From the NCBI GenBank assembly GCA_019704295.1, contig AP024596.1, positions 1,696,001 through 1,760,000 on the forward strand: a DNA stretch of 64,000 nucleotides. The letters run 5' to 3'. A program made the position numbers and the translations under genes. The notes below the pieces were generated by a model that was not told where the DNA came from, did not search any database, and saw only the letters and a program-made list of their open reading frames with translations. Source of the DNA: Sulfolobales archaeon HS-7 (GTDB taxonomy: Archaea > Thermoproteota > Thermoprotei_A > Sulfolobales > Sulfolobaceae). Below are positions 50,137 to 61,109 of this stretch, piece after piece. Numbering within the stretch: the first letter of the stretch is position 1; every line of letters begins with the position of its first letter.

Positions 50137-51028
50137 TTACAACTGTGCAATGAATGTTAAAATTTGAACATTCGTTAGCAACAAATCTCCTTATATATTC
50201 CGAATTAGTACTGTCGTCAGTTAAGCCAAATACTGTGGGACCTGCACCGCTTATCGCGACTGATATCGCTCCCCCCTCAAGCAATCTTCTCTTCATACTT
50301 GGGTAGAATGGAAACAAAGATAACCTGGAAACTTCTACGACGGGATCGTGCATACCTTCCCTTATCATTTCCTTACTTCCTAATTGAAGACCGACAAGCA
50401 ATGAGGATAGACGTCTCGAAAGTTCTACGTGTTCCTCCATACTGATGGACTTTGGAACCATTTCTCTAGCTCTCTTCGTCTTTTGTTCGATGTGAATATC
50501 TGGTATAACTAGCAAGATCCTAAGATCCTTAGGAGGGGAGATAGTAAACACCTTAATTGGATTAACTGAATATACAACTGTAAAGTTCCCAAACATGCTG
50601 GCTGCAACGTTATCCGGATGAGGTACGTTAGCTGCAGCCTTCTCACCCATCATAGCGTAATAAGTTAACTTTTCATGAGGAATTCCGACACCTAAAAGTT
50701 CGTTGACTGCGCTAACGGCCGCCACAGCTGAGGCTCCACTGCTTCCTAATCCCAGTCCCACTGGTATACCTTTTGAAAGAGTTAATTTTACGCATAACTT
50801 GAGTTCTTCATCCTTTAATAAATGAAGAACGGAAAGGCCTGCAGTGTTTTTCTCGGGATCTATGGTCATTTCCCTCTGAGTAGACAACTCCACTTTCGCC
50901 TCACCCTCGCAGGTAATTGCTGCGGTAACCGTATCGAAAAAGGCATTATGGGCTACTGCAAGCAAGTCGTATCCTGGTCCCAAATTAGCTGAACTCGAAT
51001 ATGCTATAGCTTTAACGACATCCGCCAT
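50093..51028 (-). CDS. thrB: Homoserine kinase
   Basis: SSANLGPGYD, GLGLGSSGAS, HPDNVA and ISGAGPT motifs. Confidence 0.95.
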   Translation of the reverse strand: MADVVKAIAYSSSANLGPGYDLLAVAHNAFFDTVTAAITCEGEAKVELSTQREMTIDPEKNTAGLSVLHLLKDEELKLCVKLTLSKGIPVGLGLGSSGASAVAAVSAVNELLGVGIPHEKLTYYAMMGEKAAANVPHPDNVAASMFGNFTVVYSVNPIKVFTISPPKDLRILLVIPDIHIEQKTKRAREMVPKSISMEEHVELSRRLSSLLVGLQLGSKEMIREGMHDPVVEVSRLSLFPFYPSMKRRLLEGGAISVAISGAGPTVFGLTDDSTNSEYIRRFVANECSNFNIHCTVVNADFAKGTKIENRK

Positions 51029-51306
51029 CTTTACAGAGTATTAGGTTTAATTGGTTAAGAAAGCTACGTTTTAGGGAGATGAGTAATTCGCCTTAAAAAA
51101 CATTAAGATGATGAAAACACAGCAATTTCGATAGAAAAGAGTTTACTATTACAGAAGATAATGGGAACGTATACTTATGTAAATCTCTAGTAGTTTTGAT
51201 CTTCGTCGCGATTAATAGGCTCTTTTAATAAGTGTTAATAACACTAACCTGACGATTCCCATACCTAGGTTAAGATGTAGAGCTCTCAGTAGTGATTTGG
51301 GGAGTT

Positions 51307-51732
51307 TCATTTAGTTGTTTCCCTAACCTTACTACTGCCCAAACCTGATTCTAAATTGAACGGTTTCCCTGACTTAGCGATATGTGGAACTTTATCAGAA
51401 TGTTTTCTCAGGAACTCTAATTCCCTCTTAAGATCACTTTCCCTTTTCATTCTTAGATTATCTGGAAGCATTCTGGGTATTTCGTCAATAATTGGATACC
51501 ATCTTCCACAGTTATTGCAGTATAAAATGCCCTCTACTATCTCCCTCTTAAAGCACTCGTCGCATGGTGCATCACTGGCAACCTTATCCTTTCTAAGTCC
51601 ACAATAAAGCTCGCATAGGGGTTTAGTTTCATCTGTAGTTCTATCTATTTCATCTTCCTTGAAGGAGTATAGTTCTAATGGGAAATGCTTACAGATGGGA
51701 CATGCAAGCAAGTCCATTAGCCTGTATTTCAA
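51307..51732 (-). CDS. trm112: Trm112-family methyltransferase activator
   Basis: [15 protein letters not shown]...[20 protein letters not shown]. Confidence 0.9.
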   Translation of the reverse strand: MKYRLMDLLACPICKHFPLELYSFKEDEIDRTTDETKPLCELYCGLRKDKVASDAPCDECFKREIVEGILYCNNCGRWYPIIDEIPRMLPDNLRMKRESDLKRELEFLRKHSDKVPHIAKSGKPFNLESGLGSSKVRETTK

Positions 51733-53090
51733 CTCCCTAACACCGAAGTCAATTCTCTTGAGATCTGCTCAAGTGTATTTTGGTCTTTTGACTCGATCAT
51801 TACTCTTATTATGGGTTCTGTTCCACTTTTTCTTACTAAGAACCAGTACGAATCAGTAACTATTTTAATACCGTCAATTGTAATAACCTTGCCCTTGTTC
51901 GAGTATATTGAGATAAGCTCATTGTAGATTTTATTGATGTCAGTATCTGCTTTTATGGGAACTTTAGTCTTCTTTGTAAAATACTTTGGCAGGGAATTGA
52001 AAAGTTCGTATGACGATTTTCCCTCATTTGCCATTAAGTCCAGCATTAAGGCAAATGTCATAGCGCCGTCTCTAACGTACTGATGTAAGGGGAAAATGAA
52101 TCCCCCGTTTTCCTCAAAACCCGCTATTCCTCCCTCGTTTTTCAACGTATGAGCTATTACAACACTTCCTACCTTTGTGTACTCCACTCCTATACCCTTT
52201 TCCTTTAGGAATTCCTCTACAAGTAGTGAGGACGATACTGCAGTGAAGATCCTGTTTGGAAAACCTTTTTCTTTTGTCGAAGCCCACCATGATAACAGAG
52301 CTCCAGATCTGTCGCCCCATCTAACCTCTCCCCCCGAGTCAATAAATATAGCTCTATCTGCATCGCCATCATGGGCTACACCGAGGTCAACCTTAAGGGA
52401 CTTCGCTACGTCCGACGTTTGGGCTAAAGATTCAACCGTAGGTTCTGGCGTCCTTGCTGTGAAAAGTCCATCCAAGTGAGTATTAATACCGTAGACTTTG
52501 CACCCCAGCTCACGAGCAACAATAGGGGTAGTTATAGACCCGACACTGTTAGCTCCATCAATGAGAACCTTGAAACCCTTTCCCCTTATCCTATTAACGT
52601 CAACATGAGACAGTATTCCCGATACGTAAGTTTCTATAACTCTATCCTCTCTTTTCACGTCGTTTAGTAATGATTTCCATGTAACAGAATTAAATTTTTC
52701 AGAGAAGAATATTTCTTCAATTTCATCCTCCTGTTGTCTGCTTATCTCCACGCCGTCTGGACCCATAACTTTTATTCCGTTATACTCAGCTGGATTATGA
52801 CTTGCTGTAATCATAACGCCTCCGTCATATCCTAACGTTTTAACTCCGTATTGAAGAGTAGGGGTTGGCATTAGGCCCGCTTCATATACTTTTACCCCCG
52901 TTGAGAGTAGACCCGCTTCGACAGCCTTTGTGAGCATATCTCCTCCGTTTCTTGCATCTCTTGCAATTAGAATTCTCTTATTGTCTCCAAAGAAAGTCCC
53001 TATTGCCATGCCCACTTTCAATGCAAGTTGAGGTACCATGTCCTTATTTATGATTCCTCTTATACCGTCAGTTCCAAATAATTTACCCAT
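51729..53090 (-). CDS. glmM: Phosphohexomutase (phosphoglucosamine mutase / PGM-PMM)
   Basis: [27 protein letters not shown] and RKSGTEP motifs. Confidence 0.88.
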   Translation of the reverse strand: MGKLFGTDGIRGIINKDMVPQLALKVGMAIGTFFGDNKRILIARDARNGGDMLTKAVEAGLLSTGVKVYEAGLMPTPTLQYGVKTLGYDGGVMITASHNPAEYNGIKVMGPDGVEISRQQEDEIEEIFFSEKFNSVTWKSLLNDVKREDRVIETYVSGILSHVDVNRIRGKGFKVLIDGANSVGSITTPIVARELGCKVYGINTHLDGLFTARTPEPTVESLAQTSDVAKSLKVDLGVAHDGDADRAIFIDSGGEVRWGDRSGALLSWWASTKEKGFPNRIFTAVSSSLLVEEFLKEKGIGVEYTKVGSVVIAHTLKNEGGIAGFEENGGFIFPLHQYVRDGAMTFALMLDLMANEGKSSYELFNSLPKYFTKKTKVPIKADTDINKIYNELISIYSNKGKVITIDGIKIVTDSYWFLVRKSGTEPIIRVMIESKDQNTLEQISRELTSVLGS

Positions 53091-53539
53091 AGAGAACTCT
53101 ATTCTTACTAGCTAATTAATGTTACACCACTTTTTTGAGTTTTACATGATAGGGCAGTTATTTGAATAACTTTGCTGGAACTGAAAGCCTTCAGTTACCA
53201 GGGGTGATTCAGAGTTCTTTACGGATTGTAATTTGTAAGAAAGATGGATAAAATAAAGTGAATTGTTGAGCGTAAGTCCCCCACTAATCATTGCGATTGT
53301 ATTGAATTACATTTATTACAATTCTTAAAATAAACTGAATTTCAAAATAAGATGTGAATTGCTCGATGTCGGCTTTTCACGTTGAAAAGAGCCCCATTAA
53401 AAGAGTTCTTGCTTAAGCAATTGCAGGGTATTAGAGTTAATCTGATATAATATTACTGATGTATTTCGAATTAGATAACCTCATGATAACAATCCCCTAA
53501 CCAATTATCCCCGTTTAACGCTCTTTTCTTTATAACGAG

Positions 53540-53944
53540 CTAAGAGAGGTCCAAGTAGCGCATTCCTATGTTATCAATTCTATGGGCAAGCTTACTCTTG
53601 GATAGTCTTAGTGAACCCGAAACTCCCTTTATACATAACTCCTCAAAGTCATTTAATATCACATTTATGGGATCTGATGTTTCACAGGAAAAATCGACAT
53701 ATCCGTCATATTCTATTCTACGAACGGGAATGTCGTTTATTGATAATATTAAGCCTCCGAAAAGGAGGGCTAAGCAGAAGGCCGTTTGCGTACACCATTC
53801 ATTTATTCTCATTCCTTTCTCTAAATCTTCAAATCTGAGATTGAGGATATTTTTCTCCTTTGTTATAAAAGGAGGGGAATATGCCACAGTCACCTTAATT
53901 CTCCTGTCTATCTGTATTTCCTTTACAGATGGAAAGGATATCAT
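53540..53944 (-). CDS. Hypothetical protein
   Basis: Translationally coupled (ATGA overlap) to the upstream DHPS-like gene. Confidence 0.55.
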   Translation of the reverse strand: MISFPSVKEIQIDRRIKVTVAYSPPFITKEKNILNLRFEDLEKGMRINEWCTQTAFCLALLFGGLILSINDIPVRRIEYDGYVDFSCETSDPINVILNDFEELCIKGVSGSLRLSKSKLAHRIDNIGMRYLDLS

Positions 53945-55440
53945 TCGCCTATTCGCCTGAATAGCCTTCTATCCTGAACGTAATTTTTGTCAAGGTCCCT
54001 CGCAATTTCTGCTTTAGCTAATTCATAACCTATGTAAAGAGCATGTTGAGGGGACACATGCGTCTTCCTTAGGAGCGTTCTGCCTATCGAAAGAGCATCT
54101 CTTCCCTTAAGCGTGAATTTGTCCTTTCCATAAAATGTAAGGTAGATGTTGCCTCCTTTTTTCCAAATTTTTACGAAGCCCTCTCTATCAAATACAGGTT
54201 CTTCATTAACTACCTCCACTATTTCCTTAGGTTCCTCCTCATCGTCACTTTTTCGCTTATCCTTAACAAGTAATAGGTCAACCCCTATATCCTTAGGGAA
54301 CCTACCTTGTGTCTGCGCTATTGCCATTAACTCTCCGCTTCGTTTTAACTCCCAGGAAGACCACTTCGTCTTTCCCTTTTCCATTGTGAGTAGACAAGAA
54401 GTTCCTGCCTCTACTGCCAAGGCTGTTAGTAAGCCGTTTACACCGTGACTGTCAACATCGATAAGTTCGGTAATGTTTAAAGTGCCCATTAAAAAGGGAA
54501 TGTTAGGAAATTTAACGCTAAGTTGTTTATATGCATACAGACTGTCTATCACCCCTTTTAGTGGAGGTGCCATAACGGGATCTCCTATTATCTTTGTGTA
54601 TCCCATATCAGAAGCTTTATTAAGTAACCATGACACTGTCTCCAATTTATTTTCCCTAGAAAAAGGCGCTACTACAAAGGTGGCGTCCTTTTTAACATCT
54701 GTTAATCTCTCAATATTTATTTCGTTAAGGTTAAACACAAAAGACGCTCCGGCCTCGATACCAGCTTTCAATTCCAAAATAGAGTCGGAATCAACTGCAG
54801 CGTGAAACCCCGTATCCAAAACCCTTTTTATCATTTCCTTTATATATGACGGATCAGAGGAGCCAACGGGTGTTCCGACAACTATCACATCAACATAACG
54901 TTTAACTCTATCAATTTCCTCAAGCTGTGAAGACTGGGACACCTCCAGGAAGATTCTAAACGGGGGAGGTCTAAGCGGTATCCTAAGTCCGTTCACCTCC
55001 ATGAAGTCCTTATTCACCTCGGTCAACTCAAGAACTTTATTAATGTAATTTTTCCTCATTTCATCGATTACCCTATCTGCCGGGTCCTTCTTGGAAAGTG
55101 TAATCCCTCTTTTTAGGGCGTCTATAACCAGAGGAATATCAGCGGCTTCTTCGGTGCCCTTAAAAGTAGGGACGTGGACCTTTTCCTCAATAACTGTACA
55201 ATCGCCGTATACCAGACCGGGAACTAATATTATGTCATAGCCTTTTAAGTCCTGATCCTTTAATTTCTCCGCGATATACCTGACGCTCATTAGAGCAGCG
55301 ACTGGGTAATCTAAGGACTTTATTGTAATATCTACGTCTTTAATTTCACTGCAGGCTCTTTTGACGTCATCCAATGCAAGCGTTCCAGTGACTACTAGTA
55401 GCCGCATAACTACATTGCCGAAAGTGGGATTTAATTTCAA
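53941..55440 (-). CDS. Dihydropteroate synthase-like protein (archaeal type)
   Basis: VTG.LA...PVAALM N-domain, pterin-binding barrel (NITELIDVDSHGVN) and C-terminal HALYIGYELAKAEIA...YVQD. Confidence 0.88.
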   Translation of the reverse strand: MKLNPTFGNVVMRLLVVTGTLALDDVKRACSEIKDVDITIKSLDYPVAALMSVRYIAEKLKDQDLKGYDIILVPGLVYGDCTVIEEKVHVPTFKGTEEAADIPLVIDALKRGITLSKKDPADRVIDEMRKNYINKVLELTEVNKDFMEVNGLRIPLRPPPFRIFLEVSQSSQLEEIDRVKRYVDVIVVGTPVGSSDPSYIKEMIKRVLDTGFHAAVDSDSILELKAGIEAGASFVFNLNEINIERLTDVKKDATFVVAPFSRENKLETVSWLLNKASDMGYTKIIGDPVMAPPLKGVIDSLYAYKQLSVKFPNIPFLMGTLNITELIDVDSHGVNGLLTALAVEAGTSCLLTMEKGKTKWSSWELKRSGELMAIAQTQGRFPKDIGVDLLLVKDKRKSDDEEEPKEIVEVVNEEPVFDREGFVKIWKKGGNIYLTFYGKDKFTLKGRDALSIGRTLLRKTHVSPQHALYIGYELAKAEIARDLDKNYVQDRRLFRRIGE

Positions 55441-55448
55441 AGTATAGA

Positions 55449-56240
55449 CTAGTTAGAGAATAGAGCGGTTAACTCATGTTTTTCTCTTTTATGCGATACT
55501 ATAACGCCTTTGTCTATTTCCTTCACCGAATTCAGGTCGATATCGATGTCTCGCCCAGTAAGATCGTAAATCTCATAACCCAACCTCTTACAAAAGTTAG
55601 ATGACGACGCTACATCAACGTTCCTTATTGTTCCCCTTAAGTCTAAGAAAAGATAGGTTCTTCCTAGACACGTATATATCATATCTAGTGATGAACAACC
55701 CAAGCTCCTGAACTTAAATCCCCTGAATTTTGAGAGAAGTTCCTTCGCTTTTTCGGCAGTTTTATAATCAAAATAGGCCAGAATAACCTTTTTAGCCTCA
55801 TGTGCACTGCCTTTGAATTCCGTTTTGTTAACGTATGCTATGTGCTCGTCATAAGAAAATACATCACTGGTAAATACGCTTTTGACAGAACCGGCGACAC
55901 TATCTCCCTCTTTACTGAAAATCGCAAGTGATACCGATGACCAGGGAATACCAGATAAATAATTTGTACTTCCATCAAGAGGATCAATAACGGCAACATA
56001 TTCGTATTCCGAATTAACATGAGTTCCAGATTCCTCAGTTATTATCTTGAACTTGAAACCAGTGGAGTTTAGGTTGTCAATTATGAATTGTTCCGAGAGC
56101 CTGTCTACTTTCCTCGATACATCTTTGTCATGATAGCCTACTACTTGATCCATTCCCTCCTTATCGGTAAGTTCCTTGAGATAGTCAGATGCCAATTCAG
56201 TTATTCTTTCAGTTATTTTCCTTAACATCCTTGCCCTCAC
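55449..56240 (-). CDS. Inositol monophosphatase / FBPase family
   Basis: [19 protein letters not shown] and DVA motifs. Confidence 0.88.
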   Translation of the reverse strand: MRARMLRKITERITELASDYLKELTDKEGMDQVVGYHDKDVSRKVDRLSEQFIIDNLNSTGFKFKIITEESGTHVNSEYEYVAVIDPLDGSTNYLSGIPWSSVSLAIFSKEGDSVAGSVKSVFTSDVFSYDEHIAYVNKTEFKGSAHEAKKVILAYFDYKTAEKAKELLSKFRGFKFRSLGCSSLDMIYTCLGRTYLFLDLRGTIRNVDVASSSNFCKRLGYEIYDLTGRDIDIDLNSVKEIDKGVIVSHKREKHELTALFSN

Positions 56241-57198
56241 TTAGGTCCTTATAAGCGGAGTAGGCAGCAATAGCTCCCTGAGACACCGCTGTTATGATTT
56301 GTCTAAACCCTAACCACTTATTAGTACAATCACCGGCGGCGTAAACTAAGGGTAGATTTGTTCGCATCCAATCGTCAACCTTTATGTAACCGTTTTCGTC
56401 CGTTTCTAAGTTGTTCTTCCTTGCGAAATCTACAGGAGGTTCAAAACCTATTTCCACGAATATCCCATTAACGTTAAGTTTTCTTCTTTGCTTATTTTTA
56501 ATATTCTCTATTTCCACTTCCTTGACTATCTTCTCTCCTTCAATTTTGGTAACAACAGAATTCATAATTATTTCTACGTTTGGTTTCTCTGAAACCATTT
56601 TAACGTATACGGGCTGGGCGCGGAAGGAGTCCCTCCTGTGCACTAGGTATACTTTTGTAGCATATCTTGAAAGCAATTCAGCCCCTTCTAATGCTGAGTC
56701 TCCTCCACCTACTACCACGACTTCTCTTCCTTTAAACAGAGGAGCATCACATATCGAACAGTAGGAAACACCTCGTCCTGCAAACTCCTGTTCGCCTGGA
56801 ACATTGAGTTTCCTTCTCTTGACCCCCACGGTGACAATAATTGTTTTACTCTTAAACTCCCCTTTCCTTTTTGTCTTTACTACGTAATAGTCTCCTTCCC
56901 TCCTAAAAGACTCTACAGTATCCATTAGTTGAGGGACTTTATATTTTATTACGTGACTATTAAACACCTTTATTACATCTGCCGCCTGATAACCGATTAA
57001 TCCTAAATAGTCGTCAACTTCGCCCGCTTCAGTTAGTTGACCTCCTGGGGTCTCCCCTATAATGAGAGTATTAAGCATATATCTTGCAGTATATAAAGCG
57101 GTTCCATAGGCTGCTGGACCCATCCCTATTATTATTGTGTCAAATACATCTCCAGCTTTTACTTCGGCACTTTTAAAAGATATACTCATAATCTTCAC
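56209..57198 (-). CDS. trxB: Thioredoxin reductase
   Basis: [25 protein letters not shown] and AAGD motifs. Confidence 0.94.
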   Translation of the reverse strand: MKIMSISFKSAEVKAGDVFDTIIIGMGPAAYGTALYTARYMLNTLIIGETPGGQLTEAGEVDDYLGLIGYQAADVIKVFNSHVIKYKVPQLMDTVESFRREGDYYVVKTKRKGEFKSKTIIVTVGVKRRKLNVPGEQEFAGRGVSYCSICDAPLFKGREVVVVGGGDSALEGAELLSRYATKVYLVHRRDSFRAQPVYVKMVSEKPNVEIIMNSVVTKIEGEKIVKEVEIENIKNKQRRKLNVNGIFVEIGFEPPVDFARKNNLETDENGYIKVDDWMRTNLPLVYAAGDCTNKWLGFRQIITAVSQGAIAAYSAYKDLSEGKDVKENN

Positions 57199-57272
57199 CG
57201 TACCAGGAATATAGTTTGGTCTGAAAATATTATATCTTTCTAATTAACCCTAATAACTAATTTGATATTATT

Positions 57273-58115
57273 TTAACCTGATGACAGTTCTTCCGCCTTT
57301 AATTGCGAAAGGAAGAGCTGAGGCAAATCTGACATTATCTTTCGATATTCGTTATCAATTTTTATTTCCCCTAATGTAGACAAGTAAAGCCTCATATAAT
57401 AGTCGAGCTGTGTGTTTACATATTCCTCTACGTTCTTGCCAAAATTCTTATACAGGACTGCAGCACTTCCAATTAATTTATCTAACTTTCCTTTGAATTT
57501 CAATATATCCATATAATCATCGATAATCTGATACTGTATCCCCAAACTTCTCCCTAACTGAAGAGCCTCGGGAAGATAAGTCGACTCTCCTGAGGCGAAA
57601 ATACCAAGAGCTGTGGAGAGTTCGAAGAAACTACCCGTTTTCAATTCAATTATGTCTATGTAATCGGGTGTTTCAAAGGTATCCCTTAATGCCCCCACAC
57701 CTATATTCCTCCATAGGTCTACACTGATCTTTAGCGCCTCGTCACCGTATTTTGAGATTATCCTAAGTGCAGATGGGATTAAGTAGTTGGTTGCAAGGAT
57801 TACCTTCTTGTTGCCAAATACAACCCATGCAGCTTTCTTACCCCTTCTTTCCAAATCGCCATCCATAATGTCATCTAACGCTAGCGACGCTGCGTGTAGT
57901 ATTTCCACTGCAAGAGCGCCATCTATCGCCTTTTCCTCCGACGAACCGAAAAATTCGGCTACCAGCATTACCAGTAATCCCCTAAACCTTTTACCGTCTC
58001 TTAACATGTATTTGCTTAGTTCAATTATATTCCAATCTCCATTCTGATTTATAAAATCGTCAATCTTCGCATCGATTAAAGTTTTCCTTTCTTGCCAATA
58101 CCTAAATAAGTCCAT
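57273..58115 (-). CDS. Polyprenyl (hexaprenyl) diphosphate synthase
   Basis: DGKRFRG, LHAASLALDDIMDGD..RRG, KTG and YQIIDDY motifs. Confidence 0.88.
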   Translation of the reverse strand: MDLFRYWQERKTLIDAKIDDFINQNGDWNIIELSKYMLRDGKRFRGLLVMLVAEFFGSSEEKAIDGALAVEILHAASLALDDIMDGDLERRGKKAAWVVFGNKKVILATNYLIPSALRIISKYGDEALKISVDLWRNIGVGALRDTFETPDYIDIIELKTGSFFELSTALGIFASGESTYLPEALQLGRSLGIQYQIIDDYMDILKFKGKLDKLIGSAAVLYKNFGKNVEEYVNTQLDYYMRLYLSTLGEIKIDNEYRKIMSDLPQLFLSQLKAEELSSG

Positions 58116-58117
58116 TT

Positions 58118-58861
58118 CTAATCCCCTTTAACCATCTCTTTACCTCTCTCAATTTCAGCCGTTAGGTAGAGTGGTGCTAATATAGGATCGTAATTATAAT
58201 ACTTAATGGAGACTTTGTTTCCATTTAACGATATGTCGCTGGACATCATACGTCCTATGTGTTCGTCTACTCCATTATAAACAACCACAGTATTTCCTGA
58301 ACACATTTTATGATACGGGTAATGATATGTTTTTACGAATTTATGAGTTTTAGTCAAAATTTCATAGGCTGGATACATTACTGGCGACAAGGCCACACAC
58401 TCGATATTATCTAACGGAAAAGGTTCCGAATCCTCTACGTTATATTCATTAATTTCCTCTAGAAGTCGCTTTGTTCTAACGTTCTCCTCAACCCTAAGCA
58501 ATGCTTCCCTGATGAGGAAAACGCTCATGTCTATTGAACAGTTCAGTCTAACAAGGATAGTTTCTATACCGAAAGGTTTTGTCTCCGCACACGTTACAAT
58601 TTGAGGTTTTGAGTTCAAAACCCTGGCTTCCTGTTGTACTTCGAAAATCTCCCTTTTATCTCCTCCTATAAAGAGAAAATTGTCTATATCATTATAATTT
58701 AGCGAGAAGTATAGAAACTCGTAAACTGATGTAATTGAAATACGTCTATTCGAGAAAGTGGACAGAATTCTATAGAGTAGATTCGATGGGAGTAGTCCGT
58801 CTTTCCCATACACTATATAGCTAACGTCTAAATTAACGCTTTCTCCAGAGCCTTGCAACAA
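58118..58861 (-). CDS. Hypothetical protein
   Basis: 247-aa ORF within an operon; no recognised motif. Confidence 0.6.
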   Translation of the reverse strand: MLQGSGESVNLDVSYIVYGKDGLLPSNLLYRILSTFSNRRISITSVYEFLYFSLNYNDIDNFLFIGGDKREIFEVQQEARVLNSKPQIVTCAETKPFGIETILVRLNCSIDMSVFLIREALLRVEENVRTKRLLEEINEYNVEDSEPFPLDNIECVALSPVMYPAYEILTKTHKFVKTYHYPYHKMCSGNTVVVYNGVDEHIGRMMSSDISLNGNKVSIKYYNYDPILAPLYLTAEIERGKEMVKGD

Positions 58862-59631
58862 CTACACCTTTTCTCGTCAGGGTTCTCTGGGATATTTGAT
58901 ATTATCCTTGACAGTAGTTTTTTCACGTTTTCTACGTTTTTCTTCATCACCTTCTCCACTTCTTCAGCTGTAACGGGATGTTCTGAATACACATCGTAAT
59001 CGGTTATCATGGCAAGAGTCGCATAACAAATTTGGGATTCGCAGGCTAAGTTAATTTCGGGAACTAATGTCATTCCAATCACATCACCATTTAACGTCCT
59101 TTTCCACGCGAGAGATTCTGCCCTAGTTGAGAATCGCGGACCTTCAATGCATATGTAGTTACCCCTCTTGTGGATAACCACTCCCAGATCAGCTGAGGAT
59201 TCGATAATAATTTCCCTGAGTTGTTCGCAGAACGGATCGGCCATTGAAATATGAGCTACTTGAGGCCCATCGTAAAATGTGTACTCCCTTTTTTTCGTCA
59301 TATCTACGAACTGGTCTGGAACCACTAAATCCCCAGGTTTATAATCATCTCTTAGACTACCCACAGCCGATACGGATATTATCCACTTTACTCCAAGTTG
59401 TGCTAAAGCGTATATATTAGCCCTATAGTTTATCTTATGTGGAGGTATTCTATGCCCCGTACCATGCCTAGGAAGGAATGCAACTCGCTTATTATTAAAA
59501 CTCCCAATTGATATGAAATCGCTTGGCTCACCGTAGGGCGTATGAACTTTTATCCTCTCTTCAATTTTAAATATTTCCGGATCATAGATTCCGGAACCAC
59601 CTATAATTCCTATCAATGCGGTACTGACCAT
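58828..59631 (-). CDS. mtnP: 5'-methylthioadenosine phosphorylase
   Basis: [39 protein letters not shown] and TDYD motifs; C-terminal CSC. Confidence 0.95.
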   Translation of the reverse strand: MVSTALIGIIGGSGIYDPEIFKIEERIKVHTPYGEPSDFISIGSFNNKRVAFLPRHGTGHRIPPHKINYRANIYALAQLGVKWIISVSAVGSLRDDYKPGDLVVPDQFVDMTKKREYTFYDGPQVAHISMADPFCEQLREIIIESSADLGVVIHKRGNYICIEGPRFSTRAESLAWKRTLNGDVIGMTLVPEINLACESQICYATLAMITDYDVYSEHPVTAEEVEKVMKKNVENVKKLLSRIISNIPENPDEKRCSCCKALEKALI

Positions 59632-59703
59632 TACTACTACAGATTTTTTACGTAGTCGCTAACTATTATTTTTTCCCATTACACTATCGTGGGAAGTGGC
59701 GCA

Positions 59704-59788
<85 letters not shown>

Positions 59789-59895
59789 ATAACACATTAA
59801 AGAAGTGAATCCTCAGGCTAAAAAGCTTACACTGTAGTTTTGCGTTATTATCACGATTAGATAGTTTTAAATGTGGTAAGGTTAATGATAGGAAT

Positions 59896-59970
59896 AGCGG
59901 GGTGGGCTAGCCTGGTAAGGCCGCGGGGCTCATAACCCCGAGATCCCTGGTTCAAATCCAGGCCCCGCTA
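59896..59970 (+). tRNA. Initiator tRNA-Met(CAT)
   Basis: A1-U72 pair, CGGGG-CT-CAT-AA-CCCCG anticodon arm with consecutive G:C pairs, T loop GGTTCAAATCC. Confidence 0.95.
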
Positions 59971-59974
59971 TTAA

Positions 59975-60033
59975 AGATGATGACGAAGAAGCCGAGAAGA
60001 GTCGATGAATTGGCGAGAGGCAGCCACTGAATT
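59975..60033 (+). ncRNA. Candidate box C/D sRNA immediately downstream of tRNA-iMet
   Basis: ATGATGA at 59977 and CTGA at 60027 (54-nt span); internal D'/C' boxes degenerate. Confidence 0.5.
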
Positions 60034-60823
60034 ATTCAATTTCTAAATCCAATAACGTGTTTGTTACGATCGTCGGATCGTCAGATGAGTTGGTAAGTTC
60101 ATCTTTACTTGAAACACCAGTAAGGACCAAAATGCTATCTACTCCCAGCGTGTTTGCTAATCTTATATCTGTCTCTAACTGATCACCGATAATTACAGTC
60201 TTTCCAACTTTGATATCACTGCTTAACGGCACGAGTATCCATTTGTGAGGTTTTCCAGTTATAACATCAGGTTCTTTCTTTATTCCAAAAACTATTGCCT
60301 GTACTAATGCCCCTGCACCGAGCTTCAAACCAGCTTTTGATGGCCAGAGTCTATCAGCATTAGTGGCTATGAACATCGCCCCGTTTTTTATAATTCTCGC
60401 TGCAAGTGATAGTTTTTCATAAGTTGCGAACCTATCTAAACCGACTACGACTGCTTCAGCACCCCTTTCCAATGCCTGCTTCTCGTCTATTATAGTAAAC
60501 TGATTATTCCTTAACTCATTGATAAGACCTTCCTCGCCGACCACAAAAACATTCCTGACTTCCGTTCTAGTTTTAAGGTAATGCGCTGTCGCAACTGCTG
60601 AGGTTATTATCCTCTCAGGTTCGATCGGTAATCCAAAGGACGTTAAAAGCCTTGAGAGGAGAACCCTATTTATACCGGAATTATTTGAAATTAATACCAC
60701 CTCCTTCCCCATACTCCTCAGCTTACTCATAACTTGGAGATTCTCGTATATTGGTTCCCCTTCCCTTATTAGGACTCCATCTACGTCGCTTATTATGAGT
60801 TCATAATCCTTTAACTTTTTCAT
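60032..60823 (-). CDS. HAD-IIA (NagD-like) hydrolase
   Basis: DVDGVL, SNNS, GKP, IGDQLETDI and VLTGV motifs. Confidence 0.92.
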   Translation of the reverse strand: MKKLKDYELIISDVDGVLIREGEPIYENLQVMSKLRSMGKEVVLISNNSGINRVLLSRLLTSFGLPIEPERIITSAVATAHYLKTRTEVRNVFVVGEEGLINELRNNQFTIIDEKQALERGAEAVVVGLDRFATYEKLSLAARIIKNGAMFIATNADRLWPSKAGLKLGAGALVQAIVFGIKKEPDVITGKPHKWILVPLSSDIKVGKTVIIGDQLETDIRLANTLGVDSILVLTGVSSKDELTNSSDDPTIVTNTLLDLEIE

Positions 60824-61101
60824 CGAATAAGCCCCAACTTTATCATTATTTCGCTACTTAACTGTTTTTCGTCTCTGGGGAAGCCGAAAAGGCCGTAAGG
60901 TGAGTACATGGCACCTACACAGTCCCACTCAATATGTTCATTTTTAAGAATTTTAAAGAACAAATATCTCTTATTATACACATATATCGCATAAATGTTA
61001 TCACCTTTCTGACCTATATACATTGTACATTCATCCATTACTTCTACCTTTACTTTATCGAATTGAAGGTTATTCACGTCAAGAAGCATTTTAATTTCCA
61101 T
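60820..61101 (-). CDS. Hypothetical protein
   Basis: 93 aa, ATGA overlap with the HAD gene. Confidence 0.65.
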   Translation of the reverse strand: MEIKMLLDVNNLQFDKVKVEVMDECTMYIGQKGDNIYAIYVYNKRYLFFKILKNEHIEWDCVGAMYSPYGLFGFPRDEKQLSSEIMIKLGLIR

Positions 61102-61109
61102 TAGAAATA

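Noticed and set aside
51105-51165. ATGATGA in the thrB-trm112 spacer
   Set aside because: No convincing D' or D boxes; AT-rich would-be guides.
53363-53374. TCGATGTCGGCT, identical to a conserved 23S peptidyl-transferase segment
   Set aside because: No properly placed C/D boxes on the - strand; a 12-nt match to some rRNA position is expected by chance in 64 kb.
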